A stretch of DNA of 63,737 bases, counting the filler, from Octopus bimaculoides (lineage: Eukaryota), in the NCBI RefSeq assembly GCF_001194135.2. It is 5 parts of 4 records of this genome, joined end to end, with 100 filler letters (N's around TTAATTAATTAA, not from the genome) between each part and the next. Parts side by side here need not be neighbours in the genome. Positions count along the whole stretch, not along the records: positions 38,312 to 55,569 come from NC_068982.1; positions 55,670 to 58,819 come from NW_026392287.1; positions 58,920 to 63,737 come from NC_068990.1; 2 more parts are not named here. One strand, 5' to 3'. A model generated the notes under the pieces. That model saw only the letters and a program-made list of their open reading frames with translations, ran no database searches and was not told the origin of the DNA. The position numbers were made by a program, and so were the translations under genes. Each line of letters opens with the position of its first letter. Position 1 is the first letter of the stretch. Below are positions 52,801 through 62,559 of this stretch, one piece after another.

Positions 52801-54582
52801 ATATTGTGACGAAGAAATGGCCAAAGTCTGGGCACCAATTCCACTAATGAATGCTCAGAGCTGAAATGAAATCCACAAGATATACTTTAGTTATTAAAAG
52901 TTACTATGACTGACTGAATTATGAGAGAATATAGAAACAGGTTAAGCTAAACTGATACTGAAGATGAATATGATGCTCAATTTGGGGGCAACACTTTAAA
53001 AACATCAAAATTAGAATCACTAAAAATGAAATGCCTCTTTAGGGAAAACAATGAAAATAGAAATAATACATTTCTAAATCTCTGAGAGAGATTTATGCAG
53101 TAGCAGCATGATAAAGTGATAGTATGCTGTCAACTTAATGTGACAGTCCCATGAAAGGGAAGAATGCTCCTGTTATTTAGCCCTAGGAAACTGTTTCCTA
53201 GGGCTAAATAACAGTAGCATTCTTCCTTTTCATGGGACTGTTACATTAAGTTGACAACATACTATCACTTTAACAATGAAAATGTTCTTCAAAATTTATC
53301 AATGAATCAAAGGAGTTAAAAGTACTAATGCAGAAACCAAGACAGACACATTGCAAGCAAACTGATGTAGGCTGCCAGGTTCCTGTGAGACATTTACTCT
53401 GCAAAACCCTGACTGGGCTTGGAGTTACAGTGGAGCAAAGAGGTTTATATATTCCCTTACTGAAGGAGCAGAAAAGGCTACGAGATGGCTTTGGATAAAG
53501 AGAACAGACCAATGGCTTGCTACAACTGGGATGCAAGCTAAGACTTGACCAACTCCAGCTGTGTCAACTGGGTGAGGTAGGGGTCTGATGCTGAAAGCCC
53601 CAAAACCCTGAGATCCTAGAAACATCACTGACAATGCAAACTAGAGCATCTATGAGATGTAAATCAATACATATCAGTTGTTCAACTACTTTTGCTAGGT
53701 GCACAAAGTTTAAAATATGAGCTACAATTAGACTTTTGCTAATCCTATTGAAAAGGAATGAAATGTGTCAGACAAAACTTCAAAAACAATGTTTTAAACT
53801 TTAATCACCATTGAGTAGATTCTTCTCCTTCAGGGTAGCATAATAATGTTGAGAGTAAGGTCATAATACTGTTGGTAGATGCAGTTAGATCATCTAAGTC
53901 TAGCAATATCTCCCACAGCATTCCTATAATTTTAGGAACCTACATCAACAAAATAAAGAGTTTCAAGTCAAAAATGAATTATTAATGATTCTTTTGTTCT
54001 GGCATGATACTTGTTAGAAAAACAGAATGCTTGTTACAAATATTTGATGATCTCTAATATTAATATTTAAATTAAATTAATATTCATCCCAAAAAATAAT
54101 ATAGATTTATCAGCAAACTACGAAACAGTTCTACGGAATTATCATCGTCATCGTTTAACATCCGCTTCCCATGCTGGCATGGGTTAGACGATTTGACAGA
54201 GGGCTGGCAAGAATATGTTTAATAATAACTTATAAAACACCAAATAAAATAATCAATAAGCACATTCAATATTTATCACTTGAAATACCTATACAAACTA
54301 AATGTATCACTATAAATATCCATTTTAAGATAGACAATTTTAGTTTTCTCAATGATCTCAATATGTTTTTTTAAGAGCCACTTATATGAAGATGAAAAAA
54401 TAAAGACAGTAATAATTAAAAAATTCAAAAACAAAACACACCTCATTTGGTAAAAGTTTGACTAATTCATTGCAGACTGGCACAAGCGCTGTAGCTGCAA
54501 CTGCTCTTACATCATCGTCATCATCTTTTAAACCCTCAAGGATACATGGCAGAATTTTGGGTAATAGTTCATTTGTCATGTT
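43710..54582 (-). CDS. BTAF1: BTAF1 / Mot1 (TBP-associated factor 172, SNF2-family ATPase), internal HEAT-repeat region; 10 exons, partial gene
   Basis: Ten GT-AG exons join in phase (141+131+118+108+150+170+172+170+165+118 = 1443 nt, 481 codons, no stops). Recognisable BTAF1 motifs include LxDxDDDVRAVAA, LLDLDDLTASTNSIMTLLS, LVPRLWPFLRHNIASVR, YFDEIAVSFTRMQTEC and LPEKLNPVIRPLM. Confidence 0.97.
44056..44220 (-). CDS. BTAF1: BTAF1 exon I (VILTFEQAYALTSTAFDNLK...QTAQEQQTYSV), phase 2-2
   Basis: ttatctgcag acceptor, gtaaga donor. Confidence 0.92.
45142..45325 (-). mobile_element. SINE family A, old and degenerate
   Basis: GTCGATTACATTGATCCCAGTGTTCAACTGGTATTTATT...GAATTTGAATC. Confidence 0.65.
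47843..48012 (-). CDS. BTAF1: BTAF1 exon H (YPSCTDDLKQRIHTCLNEAIYFDEIAVSFTRMQTECRDFIAGLKQQGLNVEEHFPP), phase 0-2
   Basis: aaattttcag acceptor, gtaata donor. Confidence 0.95.
48672..48843 (-). CDS. BTAF1: BTAF1 exon G (LLGKLCTF...LMIFHLTSNSALQRFVVAQIIYAWGCENK), phase 2-0
   Basis: cgttttag acceptor, gtgagt donor; FHLxSxSALQR motif. Confidence 0.93.
50164..50333 (-). CDS. BTAF1: BTAF1 exon F (DQQLLKNPLR...DFLGGSDS...YITRSRMIGA), phase 0-2
   Basis: attttctag acceptor, gtaagt donor; phase fits both neighbouring exons. Confidence 0.9.
50529..50678 (-). CDS. BTAF1: BTAF1 exon E (VWGQILRQAPLENLTEASVVWLGVWFCLLMQPAKIPFDPSYILEAKHRGR), phase 0-0
   Basis: attttcaag acceptor, gtaagt donor. Confidence 0.93.
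51560..51760 (+). mobile_element. RTE LINE C-terminal remnant
   Basis: KQIPFGEIPDASHLTGKLLLHLKDKLKENLK resembles RTE PKQLLFGEL...GRP.LRFKD.LK.NLK. Confidence 0.55.
52191..52298 (-). CDS. BTAF1: BTAF1 exon D (NHPKNWLLPLLSASLRHIFQRALLESNPEILTLVEK), phase 0-0
   Basis: tatgtttcag acceptor, gtgtgc donor; LRHIFQ..LES..EIL motif. Confidence 0.93.
52743..52860 (-). CDS. BTAF1: BTAF1 exon C (SEHSLVELVPRLWPFLRHNIASVRKASLKTFHTLLNLEQ), phase 2-0
   Basis: catttcag acceptor, gtaaat donor. Confidence 0.95.
53112..53272. repeat. 161-bp near-perfect palindrome (80-bp arms, 1-nt centre, 4 mismatches) in a BTAF1 intron
   Basis: Checked base by base: 53112-53191 pairs with 53272-53193; mismatches at 53127, 53142, 53157 and 53169. 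Confidence 0.98.
53290..53640 (+). mobile_element. HERO-like RLE LINE 3' fragment
   Basis: DVGC (VEVGCRGF remnant) and GAEKATRWLWIKR, followed by a HERO-type 3' UTR (TCTGATGCTGAAAG...ACATCACTGA). Confidence 0.7.
53809..53939 (-). CDS. BTAF1: BTAF1 exon B (VPKIIGMLWEILLDLDDLTASTNSIMTLLSTLLCYPEGEESTQ), phase 0-2
   Basis: gatgtag acceptor, gtgatt donor; conserved LDDLTASTNSIM motif. Confidence 0.95.
54442..54582 (-). CDS. BTAF1: BTAF1 exon A (NMTNELLPKILPCILEGLKDDDDDVRAVAATALVPVCNELVKLLPNE), phase 0-0
   Basis: ttgtttcag acceptor, gtgtgt donor, 47 codons. Confidence 0.95.
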
Positions 54583-55222
54583 CTGAAACAAGTATTTTGA
54601 ATCAATGAAAACAAAAATATGTACTGAATACAAAGGTCAAAAAAGGTGATTCTCATTATAAAACAAAATAAAGTATCATATTTGATAGCATAGAAAAATC
54701 CACGAGCATTCCAGACACACCACAATTTCAGAAGTGCATATTCAGGAGAAAAATATTTTAGTGCATTAAAGCATGTAATATAGGCCCAACTTCACATAAT
54801 GAGTGATTTTTTGAGATGTCTTGGAAAAAAATTGTCTTTTGTGCTATCATATACTGTACATGTTCCAATATAACACTAGTAATTAGTCAGTAAACGCCCG
54901 TCAGATTATCCTTTTATTCATTTATTACTTTAGTCATTTAATTGCAGCCATGCTGGAGCATCATCATTAAGGATTTTAATTGACTACATTGTCTCAAGTA
55001 CATGTCTAGTACTTGTTCTGTCAATCGTAATGAAGGACAGAAAGGACAAAGTTGACCGAACATCAAGGAGACGTAACCAAGTTTAAACTTTTTGATAGCT
55101 TCTGCTCAAGACTACCCTTGATTCTAAGATAAAAACTTTCATGTTTAAAATTACCTAAATTCAGGCCTGTCGCCAGACTTTGATGCCTGGAGGTGCTTCA
55201 GAATATTCTGGGTGAGCACTAA

Positions 55223-55569
55223 TCTATACTATAAAAGGCAAATTTTCTCTGTGTGTGTGTGTGTGTGTATGTTTAAAATTCATACATTTACACAATTCCA
55301 AATTTCTTGGATTAAACAATCACAAATAATATTCTAAATACAATTTGTTAGGTCACTGCGTCATTTTTTTCACTCCAAAAATTTCCTAATAATGAATAAA
55401 ATCCACAAAACTACAGCAGTAAACATTTTCTCCCTAATAAAATCTAATTTCCTCTTTCTAATACAAATCCTTTCGACTCCTACTTTCTCTTATGAAGCTT
55501 TACGATCAATCCAACAACAAATACAAAAAGATCAAAACTGAAACAATCACATTTCGATACTATAATGAC
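55223..55569 (+). mobile_element. Probable Helitron 5' end running into the spacer
   Basis: A|TCTATACTATAAAAGGCAAATTTTCTC followed by (TG)n, the same layout as the 5' end of the 29812-31551 Helitron. Confidence 0.55.
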
Positions 55570-55699
55570 NNNNNNNNNNNNNNNNNNNNNNNNNNNNNNN
55601 NNNNNNNNNNNNNTTAATTAATTAANNNNNNNNNNNNNNNNNNNNNNNNNNNNNNNNNNNNNNNNNNNNTTATTAATATTATAATTACCTATTCTACTA

Positions 55700-55856
55700 C
55701 AGACAGAAGGTCAGAAAATTTGGTGGAGGTGATATCGATTACTGGTACTTATTTTATCGACCTCAGTGGTATTTGAGCTCAAAACGTAAAGACGGATGAA
55801 ATGCCGCCAAACATTTTGTCCGGCGGGCTAACGATTCAGCCAACTTGACACCTTAA
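55700..55856 (-). mobile_element. SINE family A fragment (further fragments at ~56650-56900)
   Basis: CTGGTACTTATTTTATCGAC...TTTGAGCTCAAAACGTAAAGACGGATGAAATGCCGCC. Confidence 0.7.
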
Positions 55857-56131
55857 TAGTAACAATAATATCAATTTTTCTCTTTTTTATCTTTTTGCTG
55901 TACAAGGCCAGCAATTTTGGGGTAAGTCCTGTATTCTGAATTTACAAAACTTTCGTATTTTTCTTTTCAACCAATCAACTTTCTGAAAGAAAAAGAATAA
56001 TAAGAGTAATCATTATTTATACTTCCTATTTTTCCGAATTTTTATGCCATTACATCCGCCGCTAGTTTCATAGCTGTTTATCTAATCCACGAACCGCCAA
56101 AAAGAAAGAAAAAAAAACAACATTTTCCATC

Positions 56132-56374
56132 ATGGGTAACGTCTGCTCTATCGCCATTTGCCATTCGTCAAAAGAGAAACCAGTAGTGAAACCACTATTC
56201 ACTCTTCCTTATCTTCGGCCACACAAAAGTCATCTGACCGTCACCCCAGAGGAGACACGGCGAATTCTACAGAATTACGACGAAACTATGCTTGGTTTTC
56301 ATCTACGCCAAGTCGCGACGACGTGCGCAATCTCGTTAACTTTCGTAACCAGTGATTGCAGACAGCTAACCTAA
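56132..56374 (+). CDS. Candidate 80-aa small ORF with an N-terminal MGNVCS lipidation-type motif
   Basis: ATG in a CATCATGG context inside a non-repetitive CpG-rich patch; no homology recognised. Confidence 0.25.
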   Translation: MGNVCSIAICHSSKEKPVVKPLFTLPYLRPHKSHLTVTPEETRRILQNYDETMLGFHLRQVATTCAISLTFVTSDCRQLT

Positions 56375-57299
56375 CGGAGTAGAACGACTGATGCTAGTTT
56401 TACTTCCGTTTATTCTGCCACTCCATTTCAAACTGATTGAAGCATGTCCCTCGCTTTCATAACTTTGTCAAACCGTATCTTCTGTGTTAATTTTCTGTAT
56501 GACTTTAACGTTGTAATAATATATGAAAGAATATTTTGTGTTGGCATGGCTGGACATATTTAACGCCATTGCTCAACTCATACTTATTTCATCAACCCAC
56601 GTAAGAATAAAAGGTAAAGTCGAGCGTGACGGATTTCTTCCTAACTTTTAGCACAATGCCAACAGTTAAGAGAGGAAGCCGATTACATCGACCGCAGCGA
56701 TCTATTGGCATTTTATTTTAACGACGACATTTGAATTCAGAACGTATAGCCGGAAGGAAGACACCACAAAGCACTTTAGCTGGTGTGCTAGTTATTCAGC
56801 CAGCCTTCGGAGCCATGATAATAACAATGATTTCAAATTTTGGAACAAGGCCAGCAATTTCGAGGAGGGGAATAAGAGGATAAGACGATTTCATCGACAC
56901 CAGTGTGTCTTTGTGTCTATACGCTTGACAACCAGCGTTGGACTGTTTATGTCACTGAAACTTAGCGGTAGACTAAATATCAGACTTCAAACAAAATCTG
57001 AGTCCGCGCTCTCGCCTGGTTCAGATAAAGCAGGATTAAAGTTGGAATAAGTTAAAGAGTAATCTTTTGAATGACGTAACTAAAGATATTTGTTAGGTGG
57101 TGGTAGGGATAAGCGGAAATTGTTAACGCTCACACACACACACACGCACGCACATACACACACATACATAAAAAGGCACACGTAGAAAAACTTATACTCA
57201 GAGAGATAGACCCAAAGATCTATACTCATTCACACACATATTCACATATTTGCTCACAATCACATGTGTACACACACAGAGCCTCTCTTACGTAGAGGC

Positions 57300-57620
57300 A
57301 TGGAAAGGGTGGATAGATGGGTGAATGGATGGATGGTTGGATGGATGGATGGGTGAATGGATGGATGGATGGATGGATGGATGGATGGATGGATGAATGG
57401 ATGGATAGATGGCTGGCTGGCTGGCTGGCTGGCTGGATGGATGGATGGGTAGATAGGTAGGAAACTTGATGGATGGAAAGGTAGGAAACTTCACAGAAAG
57501 ACAGATCAATAGATAGATAAATAGACAGACAAACACACAAGCAGGTAGACTGACAGACGGACAGGCGAACAGAGAGAGAGTCAGACAGACAGACAGAAGA
57601 CAGGCAGACAAGCAACTAGG
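57300..57620. repeat. Compound tetranucleotide array (GGAT)n(GGCT)n(AGAT)n(AGAC)n
   Basis: Direct inspection; many other (CA)n, (TA)n, (TATG)n, (TAGA)n and (CT)n tracts occur throughout and border most N gaps. Confidence 0.95.
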
Positions 57621-57687
57621 CAGATACGCAGACAGTCAGACATATACAGAGAAATACATACATACATACATACATACATACATACAT

Positions 57688-58702
57688 CAGATGATAGGAT
57701 GAGCCTATATGAGCAGAAGACTATGCATGGCTATGTTAGTAGAAAGCTCCGTGATGATAGTAACATCGATCACCAAAGCAGTTTACCATGGATCAATAGC
57801 CGGATTGCAACCTCCCACTTTGAAGGGTATGCGTTTGCAATCCAGAAATAGGAAATATCAACCAAGTACCTGGTGCACAAAAGGGATAAAGATGCGGGAA
57901 AAGCAGTAAAATGTGACAACCGACGCAGACTTTGTGGGGTTCACACTGAAGATATCACCCACATCATAAGCAGTTGTCTGAAAATTTCATCACGATATTA
58001 TCTACCGATGAGACACGATTTTGTTGTTAAGACACTCTATAATAAGATCCGTCGGAAGGATAATCCCGAGGGTAAAGAAATAAGAACACATAATATGGTA
58101 GAAACCATAGCCACTCATAATAAAAAGGAAAACTGATGGAATATACCAGTGAAGACTTCAATAAAATGTAAGCACAACAGACCTGATATAATGATTTGGG
58201 ATAGAGAAGAGAGACTGTGCACAGTTGTGGAAATTAGCTGCCCAGCAGATGTTAACATAAAGCTGAAAATCAGTGAAAAAGAGAGCACCTACGCTGAACT
58301 ATCGAGAAATCTGCAGTTACTCTATCCAGATTACAAGTTCAAGCTTATACCTGTAATTATTGGAACTCTAGGATACGTAACACACTACCTAAATACCAAT
58401 CTTGAGAAATTAGGCTCCTCAAAAGCTAATTCGAAGACTACAGGTCCAATCCATCACTGGAACTGTAAAAATCTGTAAAACTTTCCAGAAGTTTATCATT
58501 TAAATATATATATGAGCATGTCTAGATATGCAACTATAAGCATGAGAATACATACATGAAGCATACAAATCTGCACGTACATACATACATACAAAAATAC
58601 CATGTTGTTGATGTTGAAGTTCCAATGAAGGAGCCTTGGATGTAGGTTAGAAACCAGTTCTTTCTCTATTGGCAAGAAATTTTGAAATTAACTGAATAAT
58701 GA
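57688..58702 (+). mobile_element. 5'-truncated R4/Dong-like RLE LINE (copy 2, ~1.0 kb)
   Basis: One frame from 57687 with two stops: KTMHGY, SHFEGYAFAIQK*EISTKYL, (C>R)RLCGVHTEDITHIISSC zinc knuckle, RHD, KHNRPDI...VVEISCP...EKESTYAEL (PD-(D/E)xK endonuclease). Confidence 0.93.
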
Positions 58703-58777
58703 CATACACAGTCTGTTGATTGATGATAGATACGCAAGTATATGTACACGACACCCTCATACACATAGATCACACAC

Positions 58778-58819
<42 letters not shown>

Positions 58820-59171
58820 NNNNNNNNNNNNNNNNNNNNNNNNNNNNNNNNNNNNNNNNNNNNTTAATTAATTAANNNNNNNNNNNNNNNNNNNNNNNNN
58901 NNNNNNNNNNNNNNNNNNNAGCCATATATAGTTACCTTCTTTTATATTCTGGATTCAAAGCCCATCTGAATATATTCACCTTTCATTATTCAAAGGTTGA
59001 TAAAACTAGCCCTAACCAAGTACTGCGTTTCATTTATTCATATGCATTCTCAATGCAAAATATGTGACCTTGCATTTGTATCTGAAACCAATATCATAAA
59101 TATTGTTTTTATCCACAATAATTGTAATTATTCTTGTTGTTAAAGGTGATACACTTACAGAATGATTAGAA

Positions 59172-59335
59172 CATCAGATAAAATGTGTGGTGGTATTTGT
59201 TTTGGCACTTCAACTTCTAGTACCAAATCCTACTGATGTTAATTTTGCTCTTGCAGGGCCAATAAATTAAAATAATAGTCAAGCATAGAGGCCATATTTT
59301 ATTGATTAACTCCTACCTCAAATTTTTGTCCTTTC
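59172..59335 (+). mobile_element. Old SINE-A remnant upstream of PAN exon 1 (duplicate at ~63382-63550)
   Basis: CAGAAT..TTAG...AAAATGTGT.GTGGTATTT...AATTTTGCTCTT.CAGGGCCAATAAA aligns with the family A head and core. Confidence 0.55.
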
Positions 59336-59406
59336 TAAGTTAGAAATTATTATTATTGTTATTCTTTTTGTCTTTTACATTCATCTAAATCTTATTTGAA
59401 TTCCAG

Positions 59407-59643
59407 TCACTGAGATGCGTTTTGTGAAAGTCACAGATGCAATTCTGGATGTATCTGGGAAAACATTGGTCAAGAAACGTGTCACAGATGATGCTTGTGG
59501 AGAAAAATGTTTGTCTGAGCCAAATTGTATAGCATTTGAAATAACTAAAAGTGGTGGAGACTGTTACATAGTATATGAAACTGCAGCTTCCACCAAGAAA
59601 ATAAAATCAGACAAAAGCAGAGATTATTACCAACGAATACAAT
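59407..59643 (+). CDS. PAN/apple-domain exon of a modular extracellular protein (phase 1-1, 79 codons)
   Basis: gaattccag acceptor, gtaatt donor. TEMRFVKVTDAILDVSGKTLVKKRVTDDACGEKCLSEPNCIAFEITKSGGDCYIVYETAASTKKIKSDKSRDYYQRIQ has the 4-Cys PAN core (C-x3-C-x5-C-x11-C) and a terminal DYY. Confidence 0.85.
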
Positions 59644-59979
59644 GTAATTAATCTTTGAATTTTATTATTGGACTTTCCTCTTTTCCTGAAATTTGTGAAT
59701 CCATTTGTACTTTATAGTATATAGACAATTATATTTGTAAACACATTATCGGTTTTACCTATGAGTAGGCAGGCATAGACATGTTGCTAAAAAAGAAAAA
59801 GCAATATTATCAACTGTAAATACCTTGAGGACATCCTCATACAGACTTTGTCGACCTTCAATAATTTATTATTATCATGGATCTAATATACTGTTAAACC
59901 CTGTAAAACAAATTTTCTGTGTTGTTTCATCCTCCCTCTTTCAATCCAGTGTGTTTCCCCACTAAAATATTTTCTACCA

Positions 59980-60000
<21 letters not shown>

Positions 60001-60016
<16 letters not shown>

Positions 60017-60117
60017 GCATACATATGTAAATATATATATTTATATGCATACATATGTAAATAAATATATTTATATGCATACATATGTAAATATATATAT
60101 TTATATACATACATATG

Positions 60118-60120
<3 letters not shown>
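60001..60120. repeat. 30-bp AT-rich minisatellite x4
   Basis: ATATATATATTTATATGCATACATATGTAA repeated four times. Confidence 0.9.
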
Positions 60121-60151
<31 letters not shown>

Positions 60152-60319
60152 NNNNNNNNNNNNNNNNNNNNNNNNNNNNNNNNNNNNNNNNNNNNNNNNN
60201 NNNNNNNNNNNNNNNNNNNNNNNNNNNNNNNNNNNNNNNNNNNNNNNNNNNTGAGGGGGTCTTATCCTTCAAGTTATTTGCTGGCCTCAATCTGCTGGTG
60301 CCATGCATAACATATGCTC

Positions 60320-61545
60320 TACTTTCTTTATGAAAACTCTGTACAGCACTCAACAATCTAGAATCTACTCCATACAACCATTACACCTGCCACATTGCAT
60401 CCCTATCCGCACGGTCATCTGCCTTATGTAAGTCCATAAGGACTGAATACACCTCTCTCCCTTTGGCCAAAAATGTCTTGCTAGAAATATTTGATCTGCA
60501 CAACCCCTGCCACTCCTAAAACTGCACTGCTCCTCCCCTACTACGTACTCTGTCTGGTTCCTCAACCTCACAATCAGAATTCTCCCATATAGTTTACCAA
60601 CACACAACTGACTTGTAACCCCGAAATTTCAACACTTGCATTTATTCCCTTTCCCCTTGTACTATGGCACTATACAGGCACTGCACCATTCCTTTGGCAC
60701 TCTTCCAGCCATATAAGAAACATTCTTAAGACTCACTAATCATTCAGTCACTGTCATACCTTCCTTTAGGTATTCTGCTGTTCACCCATCTATACCTGGT
60801 GCCTTCTGGTTTGCCATCTTCTCCAAGGATTCCCTCACCTCCTCATCTACAATTGCACCATAGTTCCATTCCCCAACAACAGGCATTCTCCTCTCTCCTC
60901 CTACAGCCATTATGCTTCCCTCCCAAACATCCTCCACATTTAAGAGCTCACAAAAATATTCTGTCCATCACCTTTGTATATCCTCACTTCCTTTCAACAA
61001 ATTTCCATTTACATCCTTCACCCTTTCTTCCCTTCCTGCAGCTACCTTTTTTTACCCTCTGTACGTCTTTGCAAAATATCTTTTTATTTCTTACAAAATG
61101 TTCACTCAACTTTTTCCTGAACCTTTCACTCACCTCCTATTTCACCACCCTCACCACTCACTTTACTCTCCGCTTCACTGCTCTGTAGTGATCATAAGCC
61201 TCTCCATCCTTTTTCTGCAACCACTCTTGAAAGATCCTTTTCTTCTCTGCCACTGCATCCCTTACCTGCTCATTCCACCACTCACTACATTTCCTCACAG
61301 CCATTCCAATCACTTGTGTACCACATACCTCAGAGGCACATCTCATTACATGAGTATATACTGGTCTAGTGATGCAAGCAGGACAATTGCCTCCCAGTCC
61401 TCCTCCACATCTCCTACCTCCTATTTCTTCACCTGTTCATATTCACCTCTCAGTTTCTCTACATACTCCTGCTCTTTCTCTCTCCTACCCAGTTCACTCA
61501 TCTTCACAACCTCTCTCCTCCCTGTCACTCGTCTAGCAACCCTGA
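60320..61545 (-). mobile_element. RTE-type LINE fragment including the start of the RT domain, in a PAN-Sushi intron
   Basis: SEWWNEQVRDAVAEKKRIFQEWLQ and VGKLYGRILI.RLR..TE...GEEQCSFRSGRGCADQIF. Confidence 0.9.
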
Positions 61546-62200
61546 GTTATATAAGCTGTTTATTAATGTCATTCTAAAAATCTATAGTGGGACAACAAAT
61601 TTCTTCTACTTCTCAATGGAACCCTATTATTCATTAGCCAACATTCATAAACGCCGGGGAAGAGAGGCATGATGCCCAAATTAAAAACAAGTTTGGTTCT
61701 TAGATCAAACTCCCCTTTTCTGCAGATTAAATGCTGGAGCTGGTATATTACTCTTGGAATTCCTGGTTAAATCAGGGAGTTCTTTTANNNNNNNNNNNNN
61801 NNNNNNNNNNNNNNNNNNNNNNNNNNNNNNNNNNNNNNNNNNNNNNNNNNNNNNNNNNNNNNNNNNNNNNNNNNNNNNNNNNNNNNNNNNNNNNNNNNNN
61901 NNNNNNNNNNNNNNNNNNNNNNNNNNNNNNNNNNNNNNNNNNNNNNNNNNNNNNNNNNNNNNNNNNNNNNNNNNNNNNNNNNNNNNNNNNNNNNNNNNNN
62001 NNNNNNNNNNNNNNNNNNNNNNNNNNNNNNNNNNNNNNNNNNNNNNNNNNNNNNNNNNNNNNNNNNNNNNNNNNNNNNTGACAGCATCTCTCTGTGACCC
62101 ATGTCCTACTAAGTATCTTTTATTCTATATATATATCTCCCCATTCTCTCCCACCTCATACATATGCAGCATTGGTAAACATCACAGTTTTCAATTACAG

Positions 62201-62371
62201 ATTATGCGCAAATAAAATGTGGAACTCCAGAAGATGTTGATAATGCATTGAAGTCATATAAAACCACCACCTATAAATCTGAAGTGACCTATACTTGCCC
62301 AAAGGGAGAAAAACTAAAGTCAACATGTGGAAAGGACAACAAATGGACTCCAGTAGCTTCTGCTTGTAAAG
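62201..62371 (+). CDS. Sushi/CCP (SCR) domain exon (phase 1-1, 57 codons), same gene as the PAN exons
   Basis: ttttcaattacag acceptor, gtaatg donor. YAQIKCGTPEDVDNALKSYKTTTYKSEVTYTCPKGEKLKSTCGKDNKWTPVASACK follows the C-x2-P...VTYTC...C...W...C Sushi pattern. Not in the ORF track because it is under 60 aa. Confidence 0.85.
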
Positions 62372-62559
62372 GTAATGTAAATATTTTCTCTCCTGTTGTC
62401 TTGGTCTGTCTATGAATATTTGATTTTTGCAATAAATTTTTTGTTAGAAAAAGATTGGCTAAAAAGATTGGTTAGAAAAAGTTTGGCAAAGAAATGCACA
62501 TCAAGTGTACCTGTCCTCCTCCCCTATCTTGCTATAGAGGAAATACATGGCTACCCCAG

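Noticed and set aside
59250-59270. Acceptor-like CAG followed by AATAAA upstream of both PAN exons (possible alternative terminal exon)
   Set aside because: Explained as part of the degenerate SINE core duplicated with the module; no independent support
60799-61577. 221-aa and 129-aa plus-strand ORFs
   Set aside because: Antisense of a purine-rich RTE LINE fragment
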